Source: Lachnospiraceae bacterium
GTDB lineage: Bacteria; Bacillota; Clostridia; Lachnospirales; Lachnospiraceae
Direction: 5' to 3'
Assembly (NCBI GenBank): GCA_024692715.1
Contig: JAILMH010000073.1
Location: forward strand, 1,171-65,170
Length of the DNA stretch: 64,000 bases
Made by a program: the position numbers and the translations under genes. The first letter of the stretch is position 1. Each line of letters starts with the position of its first letter. Under the pieces are notes generated by a model that saw only the letters and a program-made list of their open reading frames with translations, had not been told where the DNA came from and searched no databases. Shown here one piece after another: positions 9,634-19,354 of the stretch.

Positions 9634-10005
9634 ATGAAATTTGAAAACACTAAAAAAGCAGGAAACGCCGGTGAAAATCTCGCCTGCGAATTTCTTAAAG
9701 ATCAAGGTTTACGCATAATTGAAAGAAACTTTAAGGCAAGCTCCGGTGAGATTGATATAATCGCAGTTGATGCTGAAGGAACCATTTGTTTTATCGAAGT
9801 AAAATATAGGGAACATATTGATAACGGTCTCCCAATGGAAGCTGTGAATCGCGCCAAACAGCGGCGTATCTGCCGGACCTCAGATCATTATCGAGCTGAG
9901 AACTCGCTTTCAGAAGAGTTTTCATACCGCTTTGATGTTATTTCAATAGCTGGAGAAACTACGGAATGGATCAAAAATGCTTTTGAATACATTCCAAGAC
10001 GATAG
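9634..10005 (+). CDS. yraN: YraN family (UPF0102) PD-(D/E)XK endonuclease-like protein
   Basis: G..GE.LA..FL...GL.IIERNF, GEIDIIA, CFIEVKYR, RFDVISI. Confidence 0.93.
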   Translation: MKFENTKKAGNAGENLACEFLKDQGLRIIERNFKASSGEIDIIAVDAEGTICFIEVKYREHIDNGLPMEAVNRAKQRRICRTSDHYRAENSLSEEFSYRFDVISIAGETTEWIKNAFEYIPRR

Positions 10006-10015
10006 GAGAAGATAC

Positions 10016-10291
10016 ATGGAAAAAATCAGAAAACACATTATTTTTTCCGGACATGTTCAGGGTGTCGGCTTCCGCTGGCATGCCCAGAACGCCGCAAGTG
10101 CCTACGGTCTCACCGGATGGGTTGAAAATCTTTTTGACGGAACAGTCGAAATGGAAGTGCAGGGAACAGCTCCTGCGATTGAAAAAATGCTTCTTTACCT
10201 TGGACGCGCCCGTTTTGTACGGATCGAGTCGATAGAGCAAAAAAATATCCCCTTACAGGAAGAGTCATCTTTTCGTGTAAGAGGATATTAA
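10016..10291 (+). CDS. acyP: Acylphosphatase
   Basis: SGHVQGVGFR, LTGWVENLFDGTVE; start moved to ATG 10016 behind an AGGAG RBS. Confidence 0.92.
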   Translation: MEKIRKHIIFSGHVQGVGFRWHAQNAASAYGLTGWVENLFDGTVEMEVQGTAPAIEKMLLYLGRARFVRIESIEQKNIPLQEESSFRVRGY

Positions 10292-10302
10292 AATACAACT
10301 TC

Positions 10303-11064
10303 TTAAACCGCTCCCTGGTACCTTCCAAGGAATGTCTTCATGCGCTCATTGTCTGATGAGAACACCTCCTCAGGTGTTCCCTGCTCAGCAATGACACCAT
10401 TTTCCATAAAGATCACCTTGTCACTGATATCATGTGCAAATGACATCTCATGGGTTACTATCACCATCGCTATATGAAGATCTGCCAACGATTTAATAAC
10501 CTTGAGCACTTCTCCTGTAAGCTCAGGATCAAGTGCCGAAGTCGGCTCATCGAAAAACAGGATCTCCGGATTGAGCGCAAGCGCTCTGGCAATTGCGATT
10601 CGCTGAGACTGACCGCCTGAAAGCTGATACGGATAAGCATCTGCCCTGTCCTCAAGTCCCATTTTCTTCAAGAGTTCCATTGCCTGAGCCTTCACTTCTT
10701 CTTTATTCCTTTTTTGAACACGCACCGGCGCATCCATGATATTCTGAAGCACCGACATATGTGGGAATAAATTAAAATTCTGAAAAACAAGTCCATAACA
10801 TGATGCGATCTTTTTAAGCTCCTGCTTAGGGGCATACTCCACACCATCACCACTTATCTTAACCATTGCTTTTCCATCATAATATATTTCTCCGAAGTCG
10901 ACCTTTTCAAGCCCTGTCGCACATCTGAGCAACGTGGATTTTCCCGAACCCGAACGTCCTATAATTGAAAGTATCTCACCTTTATCAACGCTGACAGAAA
11001 TCCCCTTAAGGACACCCATTCCATCAAAGGATTTCTGTATATTTTTCATTTCAAGCAAAGCCAT
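10303..11064 (-). CDS. Polar amino-acid ABC transporter ATP-binding subunit
   Basis: [53 protein letters not shown]. Confidence 0.95.
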   Translation of the reverse strand: MALLEMKNIQKSFDGMGVLKGISVSVDKGEILSIIGRSGSGKSTLLRCATGLEKVDFGEIYYDGKAMVKISGDGVEYAPKQELKKIASCYGLVFQNFNLFPHMSVLQNIMDAPVRVQKRNKEEVKAQAMELLKKMGLEDRADAYPYQLSGGQSQRIAIARALALNPEILFFDEPTSALDPELTGEVLKVIKSLADLHIAMVIVTHEMSFAHDISDKVIFMENGVIAEQGTPEEVFSSDNERMKTFLGRYQGAV

Positions 11065-11076
11065 TTATAAAACCTC

Positions 11077-11727
11077 TTACTTATAATAATTCATTTTCTT
11101 CTCAAGAAGATTCATCAATTCTGCCACAATAAAGTTAAATACATAGTAAAACAGTGCAGCAGCAAGGAAAGGAACCATACTTGTCTGCGAACTTGCAAGC
11201 GCTTTAGCTGTTGAAAACATTTCCGCAACACTGATAGTAAACGCAAGTGAAGTATCCTTTACCAGCGTAATGACCTCGTTTGCAACTGAAGGAATGATCT
11301 GCTTGATCACCTGTGGAATGATGATCACTCTATATGTCTGGAACTTACTGTAACCCAGAAGCTGTGCAGCCTCGAACTGTCCCTTGGGCATTGACTGTAT
11401 TCCACTTCTGTATATTTCAGCAAAATAAGCCGCATAATTGATCACAAAACCTATTAATGCAGCGATCAGGCGATATCCATTTGTAACTTTGATGCCAAAA
11501 ATATAGTAAGGCCCGAAATAGACGAACATAAGCTGAAGCATCAGCGGTGTTCCTCGCATGATAGATATGTATATCTTTGCTATTCCGGAGATCACGAAAT
11601 TTTTGCTCATTCTTGCGAATGCGACCAAAAGTCCCAACGGGAGTGAGAATAAAAGAGTGATAACAAAAATGTAGATGCTGACTCCCATTCCGGAAGCCAG
11701 CTGAATAAAGATCTTAGATAAATTCAT
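11077..11727 (-). CDS. Polar amino-acid ABC transporter permease
   Basis: RGTPLMLQL, AAYFAEIYRSGIQSMPKGQFEAA (EAA loop), VKDTSL. Confidence 0.95.
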   Translation of the reverse strand: MNLSKIFIQLASGMGVSIYIFVITLLFSLPLGLLVAFARMSKNFVISGIAKIYISIMRGTPLMLQLMFVYFGPYYIFGIKVTNGYRLIAALIGFVINYAAYFAEIYRSGIQSMPKGQFEAAQLLGYSKFQTYRVIIIPQVIKQIIPSVANEVITLVKDTSLAFTISVAEMFSTAKALASSQTSMVPFLAAALFYYVFNFIVAELMNLLEKKMNYYK

Positions 11728-11733
11728 ATTGCG

Positions 11734-12600
11734 TTATTTTCCTACTGTAGTAATATCTTCGCCAAACCATTTCTCAGAAATTTCAGCCATAGTTCCATCC
11801 TCAGCCATTTCCTGAAGAACAGTATTAACCTTATCGCGAAGCTCTGTATTTCCTTTCTTAAATCCGATTCCATACTCTTCTGATGCAAAGGCATCATCGA
11901 GAACTCTCAGCTTAAGACCACCGGAAGTGATCTTATATTCTGCAACAGTGCTGTCCATTGCAACAGCATCAACAGCTCCCATATCGAGATCCATAAGTGC
12001 AGTATTATAATCCGGTGTTGTCTGAATTGTTCCAATAGAAGCTGCCAATTCAGCATTTTCATCTTCTGCAAGTGCTGCCTCTGCAGATGAATCAGCCTGA
12101 ACCTCTACAGTTTTTCCTGCAAGGTCTGCTGCAGACTGGATATCTGAATCTTCTGCAACAACAAATACCTGTGTATTGTCAAGGTAAGGAACTGACCACT
12201 CGTAGTCATCCTCACGTCCATTCATTGTGAAGCCATTCCAGATGCAGTCAATTGTTCCTGCATCAAGCTCTGCATCCTTCGAATCCCAGGCGATCGGCTG
12301 ATATACTATTTTAAGACCGAGTCTGTTTGCAGCTTCTGCCGCAAGGTCAAGGTCAAAGCCTGTGAAATCACCGTTATCGTCCTTATATCCCATAGGTGGG
12401 AAGTCCTGATCAAATCCGACTGTAAATGTTCCTGACTCATTGTCTGCTGTTGCTGAAGCAGACGTATCTGCAGATGAACTTTCAGATGCTGCTGATGAAG
12501 AAGTGCTTTCCGCGCTATGGGAAGCATCTGCCCCACAACCTGCAAGTGATAGTGCCATTACTGCTGCCATTGCCAAAGAGGCAAACTTAAACTTTTTCAT
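11734..12600 (-). CDS. Polar amino-acid ABC transporter substrate-binding lipoprotein
   Basis: Lipobox LAGC, Ser/Ala-rich tether, VGFDQDFPPMGY, GFDLDLA, EEYGIGFKKG; ATG 12600 follows an AGGAGG RBS. Confidence 0.93.
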   Translation of the reverse strand: MKKFKFASLAMAAVMALSLAGCGADASHSAESTSSSAASESSSADTSASATADNESGTFTVGFDQDFPPMGYKDDNGDFTGFDLDLAAEAANRLGLKIVYQPIAWDSKDAELDAGTIDCIWNGFTMNGREDDYEWSVPYLDNTQVFVVAEDSDIQSAADLAGKTVEVQADSSAEAALAEDENAELAASIGTIQTTPDYNTALMDLDMGAVDAVAMDSTVAEYKITSGGLKLRVLDDAFASEEYGIGFKKGNTELRDKVNTVLQEMAEDGTMAEISEKWFGEDITTVGK

Positions 12601-12651
12601 ATGCTCCTCCTGTTCGTACTTTATTTTCCCATTGGTCAAATTTACTTCACT

Positions 12652-12680
12652 ATGCTACCATACTAAAGTAGGCTCGTCAA
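12652..12680 (-). promoter_or_regulatory. Putative promoter of the amino-acid ABC operon
   Basis: TTGACG-17 nt-TAGCAT with extended TG. Confidence 0.6.
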
Positions 12681-12693
12681 CTTTTAGACAGGA

Positions 12694-12993
12694 TTATTTT
12701 TTAGAAGCGTCCATTTTTGCCTTAAGTCTGTCCATTCTATCCACAAAAACCAGAATTTCAGCCACAACCTCATAAAGCTCCGGTGGTATCATATCTCCGA
12801 TATCAAGATTTGAAAGCGTTTCAGCGAGCTTATCATCTCTATGCACCGGAACATCAGATTCTTTGGCTTTTTCTATTATCTTCTCGGCTACACGGCCCTT
12901 TCCCGATGCAATGACAGTAGGTGCTGCATCCTTCGGGTCATAAGCTATCGCAACCGCAGTTTTAGATCTAAGATCCTTCTCTTTATCCGCCAT
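12694..12993 (-). CDS. Stand-alone FlhB/EscU C-terminal domain protein (YlqH/FlhX-like)
   Basis: AVAIAYD...APTVIASGKG.VAEKIIE.A....VPV, IPPELYEVVAEIL.FV. Confidence 0.9.
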   Translation of the reverse strand: MADKEKDLRSKTAVAIAYDPKDAAPTVIASGKGRVAEKIIEKAKESDVPVHRDDKLAETLSNLDIGDMIPPELYEVVAEILVFVDRMDRLKAKMDASKK

Positions 12994-14784
12994 TTATGCC
13001 CTCACATCAAACGAAGTTTTCTGAATCAGCTTCGCATTACTCCCCTTGTTAAACATCAATTCCGGCACACTTTTAGCTTCTTTATTCAATGAAACATCTG
13101 AATGCATATGATATCCTCTGTTTTCAAGAGATTTATCCAGTTCCGGAAGATATTTTGCAATAAAGTCCAAAAGAGACTCTTCCTGCAGTATAAAATGAGT
13201 TGTGACCTTGTCATAGTCCTTCATTGTCACATGTACATCTACAGTTCCCAGATGCTCCATATCCAGATGCAGAAGTGCCGAACAGTTACCGTCTTTTTCT
13301 GCAAGCTTTTTCTTATTTGTGTAAACATACAGATCACCATGTGATGCCATATCATTTAGCTTAAGCGGGAGCTGTATGTAAGTCATTGCCGCATTTAATC
13401 CGTTTATGAAATCAACATTTGAGTTTAGATTATCAACACTCTGTGCAAGCGTGCTTTCGCCCCTGCCCGCTGTTTTAACCAGTTCCGAAGCCTCTGAAAG
13501 TACTCTTCCGAGCTTTTGATAATACTCCTGAACTTTTTCCTGATCTGCAACATCATCAGGGTTCAGTAAAAGATTAGAAGTTATCTGATTTCTTAAAATA
13601 AATTTATAAGGTTCTGAAGATATCAGCTCACGTATCGTAGCCTGAGCCTCTTCCCCCTTAAAATTAAGTGTCTCTTTTCCTTCAATTGACGCCTGTATCA
13701 ATTCAAGAGTCTGCTTAGGCGTAAGTTCACCCGACGCTATTCTGGCTGTAAGCTGCTCCGGGAAACCGGCTTTATTCATAAGTTCCGCTATTTTCCCTGC
13801 ACCTTCACTGCCTATAAGCTTTATGAGGTCATTTCCGACTGCTCCCGGCTTTGCATATTCAGGATCAGGCTTTATAACTTCAACATTTTTTTCTGCATTC
13901 TCATTTTCTGCAGGAATCTCTGTTTTTCCTGTATTTTCTGCTGACGTCTCTACTTTGCCTGCATCCGTCTGCTGTAAATTCGCTTCATTTACCTGTTCAG
14001 AATTTTCAGCTTCGCTGATCTCTATGTTAAACATATTCAGCAGCTTAGTCTGATCACCGTCAAATGCTTTAATTACAGCCTCCGTAAGCTCCGGTGCCGG
14101 TGCTTCAAGGAAAATACCCGCAACCGATCTATTCATCGCAGTTGATTCACCTGCCATCTCTGCAAATCCCTCTGCAACCGGGCTAAGGCTTTCAGCAATT
14201 TTATACTGTCCTTCCTTATATGCTTCAAACTGCTGTACATTACCATCAGTGAGCGGTATCCCGAGCTGCGTCATCTGCACGATAGAGGCCGGATTTGCAG
14301 TAGGATATCTTGCTGCCAGATTAGCCATTCCCTGAAGAGATCCCTTGTCAATCGGAAGCCCTCTTTCCATCATTGCTTTTACCATATCAGCATTTTGTGC
14401 AGTAACCGGAAGCTCCGCCGCATTAAGAGCCTTTGCGACAGCCGAATTATTATCTAAATTAGCATATAAGGGAGTAAGTGTGACCGAAGATTTAGTCGCA
14501 CCTTTTACCTGAAACGATAAGATTTGCCCGACCTCCACAGATAGACCTGCAGATATCTGAGCTTTTAACATTGCATTATTTTTAAGCATTATTGAAGCAA
14601 TGCCATCTTTGGTCATATCAACGATCTGACCCGAAAAGACATCACCGGCTTTAACATTTATTACATTTTTTGCCGCAATAAGCGAAGCCTCAGCCGCCTG
14701 GCTGACAGCCTCCGCCGATTGTGTACTAACGTTAACATTAGAACCCGTCTGATAAAGTCCGGAATTATTAACCTGTATATTCAT
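12994..14784 (-). CDS. FliK-like hook-length control family protein (YlqG position)
   Basis: C-terminal YIQLPLK...GDLYVY...ALLHLDMEHLGTVDVHV motif; located between rnhB and the FlhB-C gene. Confidence 0.75.
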   Translation of the reverse strand: MNIQVNNSGLYQTGSNVNVSTQSAEAVSQAAEASLIAAKNVINVKAGDVFSGQIVDMTKDGIASIMLKNNAMLKAQISAGLSVEVGQILSFQVKGATKSSVTLTPLYANLDNNSAVAKALNAAELPVTAQNADMVKAMMERGLPIDKGSLQGMANLAARYPTANPASIVQMTQLGIPLTDGNVQQFEAYKEGQYKIAESLSPVAEGFAEMAGESTAMNRSVAGIFLEAPAPELTEAVIKAFDGDQTKLLNMFNIEISEAENSEQVNEANLQQTDAGKVETSAENTGKTEIPAENENAEKNVEVIKPDPEYAKPGAVGNDLIKLIGSEGAGKIAELMNKAGFPEQLTARIASGELTPKQTLELIQASIEGKETLNFKGEEAQATIRELISSEPYKFILRNQITSNLLLNPDDVADQEKVQEYYQKLGRVLSEASELVKTAGRGESTLAQSVDNLNSNVDFINGLNAAMTYIQLPLKLNDMASHGDLYVYTNKKKLAEKDGNCSALLHLDMEHLGTVDVHVTMKDYDKVTTHFILQEESLLDFIAKYLPELDKSLENRGYHMHSDVSLNKEAKSVPELMFNKGSNAKLIQKTSFDVRA

Positions 14785-15452
14785 TCCCGCCCCAGAATCT
14801 TTCCAATAAACGACTGACGGTGTATCGGAGTCGGTCCCATGGCTTTAAGGGCCGCGATGTGCTCCGCTGTACCATAGCCTTTGTTTTTTGCAAAACCATA
14901 TCCGGGATACATGGCATCATATTCAACCATCAGCGCATCTCTCGCAACCTTCGCAACTATACTTGCCGCCGCGATCGAAGCGCTTTTAGCATCACCCTTA
15001 ATAATTTTAACCTGTTTAACGTCCACACCCGGTATTATTACTGCATCGTTCAATAATATATCGGGTTTAACACCAAGATTCTTAATAGCCTCTCTCATGG
15101 CTTCATATGTAGCCTGAAGAATATTTATCTCATCGATCCGCTCCGGCTCGACCCTGCCCAGTCCAAAGGCCACACATTTCTCGCGAATCTCAACAGAAAG
15201 TGTTTCTCGCTTTTTTTCTGATAGCTTTTTTGAATCATTTATATAAAGAATATCACAATCCTTAGGCAATATCACAGCTCCGGCAACGACAGGTCCCGCA
15301 AGCGGTCCTCTTCCGACCTCATCAATTCCGCAGATAAGAAGATCACTTCCACATTCACGCTCGTATGTAAACATTTCATACATTCTCTTCTTCTCAGCTT
15401 CAAGCTTCTCTCTTTTTCTTCTTTCTTTGGCTTCTTTTAAGGTCTCTGTCAT
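14781..15452 (-). CDS. rnhB: Ribonuclease HII
   Basis: CGIDEVGRGPLAGPVVAGAVIL, NDSKKL, KGDAKS.SIAAASIVAKV.RD, KGYGT.EH. Confidence 0.97.
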   Translation of the reverse strand: MTETLKEAKERRKREKLEAEKKRMYEMFTYERECGSDLLICGIDEVGRGPLAGPVVAGAVILPKDCDILYINDSKKLSEKKRETLSVEIREKCVAFGLGRVEPERIDEINILQATYEAMREAIKNLGVKPDILLNDAVIIPGVDVKQVKIIKGDAKSASIAAASIVAKVARDALMVEYDAMYPGYGFAKNKGYGTAEHIAALKAMGPTPIHRQSFIGKILGRE

Positions 15453-15970
15453 TACTTTACGCTCCCGAATTTATTCAACGGCCACACACGCAGTGCGACC
15501 TTTCCGATTATATCTTTTTTATGTATGTTTCCGACATCATCTGTCCTTGAATCCATACTTGAATTGCGATTATCTCCCAAAACAAAATATTCATCCTTGC
15601 CAAGCAATACAGGCTTCTCAGCTGTACCGGCATCGACGATGGTTTCTTTCCCATAATTTTCTTTTAGCTCATTGCCGTTAATGTAGATTTTCCCTGAGCT
15701 AATCTGTACCGTTTCTCCGGGAAGACCAATAATTCTCTTTATATAATATACATTTTGGGAATATTGAAATGGAAAAACTATAATATCGAACCGGTCATAC
15801 CCTGATATCCGCCCTGTGATCTTTTCCACAATAAGGCTTTCACCATCCTGCAGTGTATTCTCCATTGAAGAACCGTCAACCACAGAACGCTGAAAGCAAA
15901 AAGTCTTTACAAGAATCGTTACAACTAAAACGACAAGAATATAAATACTGACATGAAAAACTTTTTTCAT
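15452..15970 (-). CDS. lepB: Signal peptidase I (S26), paralogue 1
   Basis: VDGSSMENTL (catalytic Ser), YIKRIIG (Lys), GDNRNSSMDSR. Confidence 0.93.
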   Translation of the reverse strand: MKKVFHVSIYILVVLVVTILVKTFCFQRSVVDGSSMENTLQDGESLIVEKITGRISGYDRFDIIVFPFQYSQNVYYIKRIIGLPGETVQISSGKIYINGNELKENYGKETIVDAGTAEKPVLLGKDEYFVLGDNRNSSMDSRTDDVGNIHKKDIIGKVALRVWPLNKFGSVK

Positions 15971-15990
15971 CGTCCCCCCAACAATGACCT

Positions 15991-16839
15991 TTAAGGTCTC
16001 TCTAAAGTGATACGCCCCATTTTACCACTTCTAAAATCATCTATGATAAATCTGATCGCTTTTTCAAGGTCAGGTTTTCCGCCTCCCTTGATAGCGTTAC
16101 GCTTCATAGCTGCTGCAGTAAGTGCTTCTTCAGCACCCATCTCAACAGTAATACCGCATTTTTCTTCAATGATCTCAGGATGTTCCTTCTTCATTATATC
16201 AATAAACTGAAGACACATATCATCAAGATTTATAACTTCATCATTCATTGAACCTATCATTGCAAGGCAGAAACCAGCCTTTTCGTCGTTGATCTTTGGC
16301 CAGAGAATACCCGGAGTATCAAGAAGCTCAAGTGTTTTAGAAAGCCTTATCCACTGCTTTCCCTTTGTGACACCAGGCTTATTTCCTGTCTTGGCAACAG
16401 CCTTCTTCGCATATGAATTGATAAATGTTGATTTTCCAACATTCGGTATACCAACAACCATAGCCCTCATCGGTCTGTTGATGATACCCTTCTTTTTATT
16501 TCTCTCGATTTTTTCCTGACATGCTGCCTGCACAGCCGCATTTATCTGACGCATACCCTCACCGCGCTGTGAATTAAGTATGACTGTCTGAATTCCTTTA
16601 TCCTTAAAATACTTAGCCCAGCTCTCTGTTACTGCAGGATCTGCAAGATCTGACTTATTAAGCAGAACAAGTCTTGCTTTTCCCTGACCAAGCTTATCAA
16701 TATCGGGGTTTCTGGTGGCTATAGGACACCTGGCATCCAAAAGCTCAATAAGAAGATCAACTAACTTAACATCCTCTTCCATTGCCCTCCTGGCCTTTGT
16801 CATATGTCCCGGATACCAATTATATGTTGTATTTGCCAT
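15991..16839 (-). CDS. rbgA: Ribosome biogenesis GTPase RbgA/YlqF
   Basis: WYPGHM, LDARCP, NKSDL, GIPNVGKSTFIN, GNKPGVTK, LLDTPG. Confidence 0.97.
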   Translation of the reverse strand: MANTTYNWYPGHMTKARRAMEEDVKLVDLLIELLDARCPIATRNPDIDKLGQGKARLVLLNKSDLADPAVTESWAKYFKDKGIQTVILNSQRGEGMRQINAAVQAACQEKIERNKKKGIINRPMRAMVVGIPNVGKSTFINSYAKKAVAKTGNKPGVTKGKQWIRLSKTLELLDTPGILWPKINDEKAGFCLAMIGSMNDEVINLDDMCLQFIDIMKKEHPEIIEEKCGITVEMGAEEALTAAAMKRNAIKGGGKPDLEKAIRFIIDDFRSGKMGRITLERP

Positions 16840-16850
16840 CTTTACCTCAC

Positions 16851-17432
16851 TTACTTTACTCTGCCGATTCCCTCTTCACCTGAGCCCATGTGAAGCCATG
16901 CTTTACCTACAATGTGTTCACGCTTAACAGGTCCAAGATTGGCACTTCTCGAGTCTTCTGAATTATTTACATTGTCACCCATGACAAAATATTCATTTTC
17001 ATCTAACTTTATTTCATCACCAGCAACACCATCATCTGCAATTTTATCTGTAAACATTTCATCCTGTGGTTCACCGTTTAGGTAAAGGACTCCGTCCTTG
17101 ATCTGAATCCTGTCCCCCGGAACGCCTACCACTCTTTTTATGGATGAATGAGCATTTTCGTTTCCATTTGGCTTAAATACAATTACATCACCTCTTGCCG
17201 GCGAAATAAAATTGTATATCACTCTGTTTATATAAATCTCCTGTCCGTTATGCAGGCCCGGTTCCATTGAATTACCGACCACCGTGGTCTTACGTCCAAG
17301 TGTATAGATAATGAAAAAGGCAAGTACGACGCCCATCACTATCGCAAATATCCACGATATCACCTCTGCAACACGTTCATTTGAAATATTCTGTTTTCTC
17401 TGATAAAACGTAAGTCCTCTGCGTCTGCGCAT
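16851..17432 (-). CDS. lepB: Signal peptidase I (S26), paralogue 2
   Basis: VGNSMEP, SIKRVVG, GDNVNNSEDSR; start moved to ATG 17432 (AAGGAG RBS; the longer start lies in the rplS terminator). Confidence 0.92.
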   Translation of the reverse strand: MRRRRGLTFYQRKQNISNERVAEVISWIFAIVMGVVLAFFIIYTLGRKTTVVGNSMEPGLHNGQEIYINRVIYNFISPARGDVIVFKPNGNENAHSSIKRVVGVPGDRIQIKDGVLYLNGEPQDEMFTDKIADDGVAGDEIKLDENEYFVMGDNVNNSEDSRSANLGPVKREHIVGKAWLHMGSGEEGIGRVK

Positions 17433-17445
17433 AATAACTCCTTTT

Positions 17446-17483
17446 AAAGCGAAAGCAGAGGCTCTTTCAAAAGAAGCCTCTGC
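17446..17483 (-). terminator. Intrinsic terminator of rplS
   Basis: GCAGAGGCT/AGCCTCTGC stem followed by TTTCGCTTT. Confidence 0.8.
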
Positions 17484-17507
17484 CATAGCAAGCTAATTAT
17501 AAAGAAA

Positions 17508-17855
17508 TTAAACTTCCTTAAGCTTAGCCTTCTTACCTGTGAGCTTTCTAAGGTAGTAAAGCTTAGCTCTTCTAACCTTACCTGAACGTACGAACTCAAC
17601 CTTCTCTACGTTAGGTGAGTGTACAGGGAAAGTCTTCTCTACGCCACAGCCGTAAGAGTTCTTACGTACAGTGAATGTAGCACGGTTGCTGCCGCCCTGG
17701 ATCTTGATGATTGTTCCTTCGAAGATCTGGATTCTTGACTTCTCACCCTCTTTGATTCTGTTGTGTACACGTACTGTGTCACCAACATTCATCTTAGGTG
17801 CTTCAGCCTTAACCTGGCCAGCTTCGATCTCTCTGATAATTGCTTCGTTGTTCAT
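17508..17855 (-). CDS. rplS: 50S ribosomal protein L19
   Basis: [45 protein letters not shown]. Confidence 0.98.
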   Translation of the reverse strand: MNNEAIIREIEAGQVKAEAPKMNVGDTVRVHNRIKEGEKSRIQIFEGTIIKIQGGSNRATFTVRKNSYGCGVEKTFPVHSPNVEKVEFVRSGKVRRAKLYYLRKLTGKKAKLKEV

Positions 17856-17920
17856 TTCGAACCTCCAATAAACTGTACGGCTATCGTGTTGTTCAAGGAA
17901 CTCTGCGATACTCCGTTATT

Positions 17921-18010
17921 TGACGTTCTTAAATGTCATGCTGGATTCCTGAATTATATCTGTAAAACAGAATCAGTTAAAAATTATATCCGACACCAGA
18001 GGAACATCTC
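17921..18010 (-). ncRNA. Probable L19 ribosomal protein leader (cis-regulatory RNA)
   Basis: GATGTTCCTCTG...CATGA...GAACGTC closing pair within the long rplS 5' UTR resembles the Firmicute L19 leader as recalled; not verified by a covariance search. Confidence 0.6.
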
Positions 18011-18045
18011 CTAAAGACTCGCCTATTCGAGTCTCACAAATTTGT

Positions 18046-18074
18046 ATTTTAACACATCGACTTTTCCGATGCAA
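18046..18074 (-). promoter_or_regulatory. Putative rplS promoter
   Basis: TTGCAT-17 nt-TAAAAT with extended TG. Confidence 0.65.
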
Positions 18075-18117
18075 TAAATACCATGAACAGAATAAAAGAT
18101 TTTTATAAAACTTTTAT

Positions 18118-18831
18118 TTAATAAATACCTCTCTGCTCTAACCACTCAGCATAAAGGTCAGGACGTCTTTCTGCAGTGCGGTGTATCGCCTGCTGCATAC
18201 GCCACTTCTCAATTTTTTTATGATCACCGGAAAGTAAAATATCCGGAACTGTTTTCTCATGCCATTCCTTAGGACGTGTATACTGCGGATACTCAAGTAA
18301 TCCGTTATTAAAAGACTCTGTCTCAGCAGATTCTTTATTATTAAGAACACCATCCACAAGTCTTGAAACTGCATCCATCATAACGAGGCTCGGAAGTTCT
18401 CCGCCTGTGAGAACGTAGTCTCCGATTGAAAGATTATCTGTAACGATTTCTTCAAGAACCCTTTCATCGATGCCTTCATAGTGTCCGCAAAGAAAGATAA
18501 CATCATCCTCTTGTGCAAGATCCGCTGCAGTCTCTTCGTCAAAGACCTTTCCCTGGGGAGTCGTATAAACTACTCTTGGCGGTCTTTTCCCATTTTCAAC
18601 CTTGGACAGAGCTGCCTGATAAGCCTGAAAAACAGGTTCACACTGCATAAGCATTCCTGCTCCTCCGCCATAGGTATAATCGTCCACAGAACCATAGCTG
18701 TTTTGAGAAAATTCCTTTAAATTCACAGTATCCAGTTTAATGATACCGTTTCCGACTGCTCTTCCGATAATGCTTGTATTCATAGCGGATTCAATCATTT
18801 CCGGGAAAAGCGTAATCACCTGAAAATGCAT
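18118..18831 (-). CDS. trmD: tRNA (guanine37-N1)-methyltransferase
   Basis: VITLFPEM, VDDYTYGGGAGM, LCGHYEGIDER, SIGDYVLTGGE, LEYPQYTRP. Confidence 0.98.
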   Translation of the reverse strand: MHFQVITLFPEMIESAMNTSIIGRAVGNGIIKLDTVNLKEFSQNSYGSVDDYTYGGGAGMLMQCEPVFQAYQAALSKVENGKRPPRVVYTTPQGKVFDEETAADLAQEDDVIFLCGHYEGIDERVLEEIVTDNLSIGDYVLTGGELPSLVMMDAVSRLVDGVLNNKESAETESFNNGLLEYPQYTRPKEWHEKTVPDILLSGDHKKIEKWRMQQAIHRTAERRPDLYAEWLEQRGIY

Positions 18832-18832
18832 A

Positions 18833-19354
18833 TTATACCAAGCCCTCCAGAAGATGTATTTTAATTATACCATTGGCCAGATCCACATCCAGTATGCACT
18901 GCTTTATGGCCGGAACAAGAATCTCTTTTCCCTCATCTGACTTTATGATATAAACATCATTCGCGCCGGTATGCATGATATCTTCAAGCTCACCAAGAAC
19001 TTTACCCTCTTCATCTACTGCATGAAGACCTATAAGATCTATATCAAAGTACTGTCCGTCCTGCAGATCAGCAGCTTCTTCACGGAGCACTCTGATATCG
19101 GCATTTCTGTACTTTGTTACATCATTTATATCATCGATTCCCTTGAACTTGACAATAACCATGTTCTTAAAGAATCGTACTTTTTCTATCTCTTCTTCAA
19201 AATTACCACGTTTTGTTGATATGATTACTTTCGTAAAACCTGAAAAGCGGTCAGGGTCATCCAAATAGGGATAGACCTTGACCTCTCCTCTGATTCCATG
19301 TGTCGAAGTAATCTTACCTGCTGTAACGCGGTCATCACTGTATAATTTCGACAT
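18833..19354 (-). CDS. rimM: 16S rRNA processing protein RimM
   Basis: GKI.STHGIRGEVKV, DLIGL, TGANDVY, LVPAIK. Confidence 0.96.
   Translation of the reverse strand: MSKLYSDDRVTAGKITSTHGIRGEVKVYPYLDDPDRFSGFTKVIISTKRGNFEEEIEKVRFFKNMVIVKFKGIDDINDVTKYRNADIRVLREEAADLQDGQYFDIDLIGLHAVDEEGKVLGELEDIMHTGANDVYIIKSDEGKEILVPAIKQCILDVDLANGIIKIHLLEGLV

Noticed and set aside
17433-17486. Longer N-termini from the ORF track (lepB2; also SPFH, the SBP, ilvA, acyP, nadE, VanZ2, tmcAL)
   Set aside because: The extensions overlap terminators, promoters or upstream genes; downstream ATGs have better RBSs and match family starts
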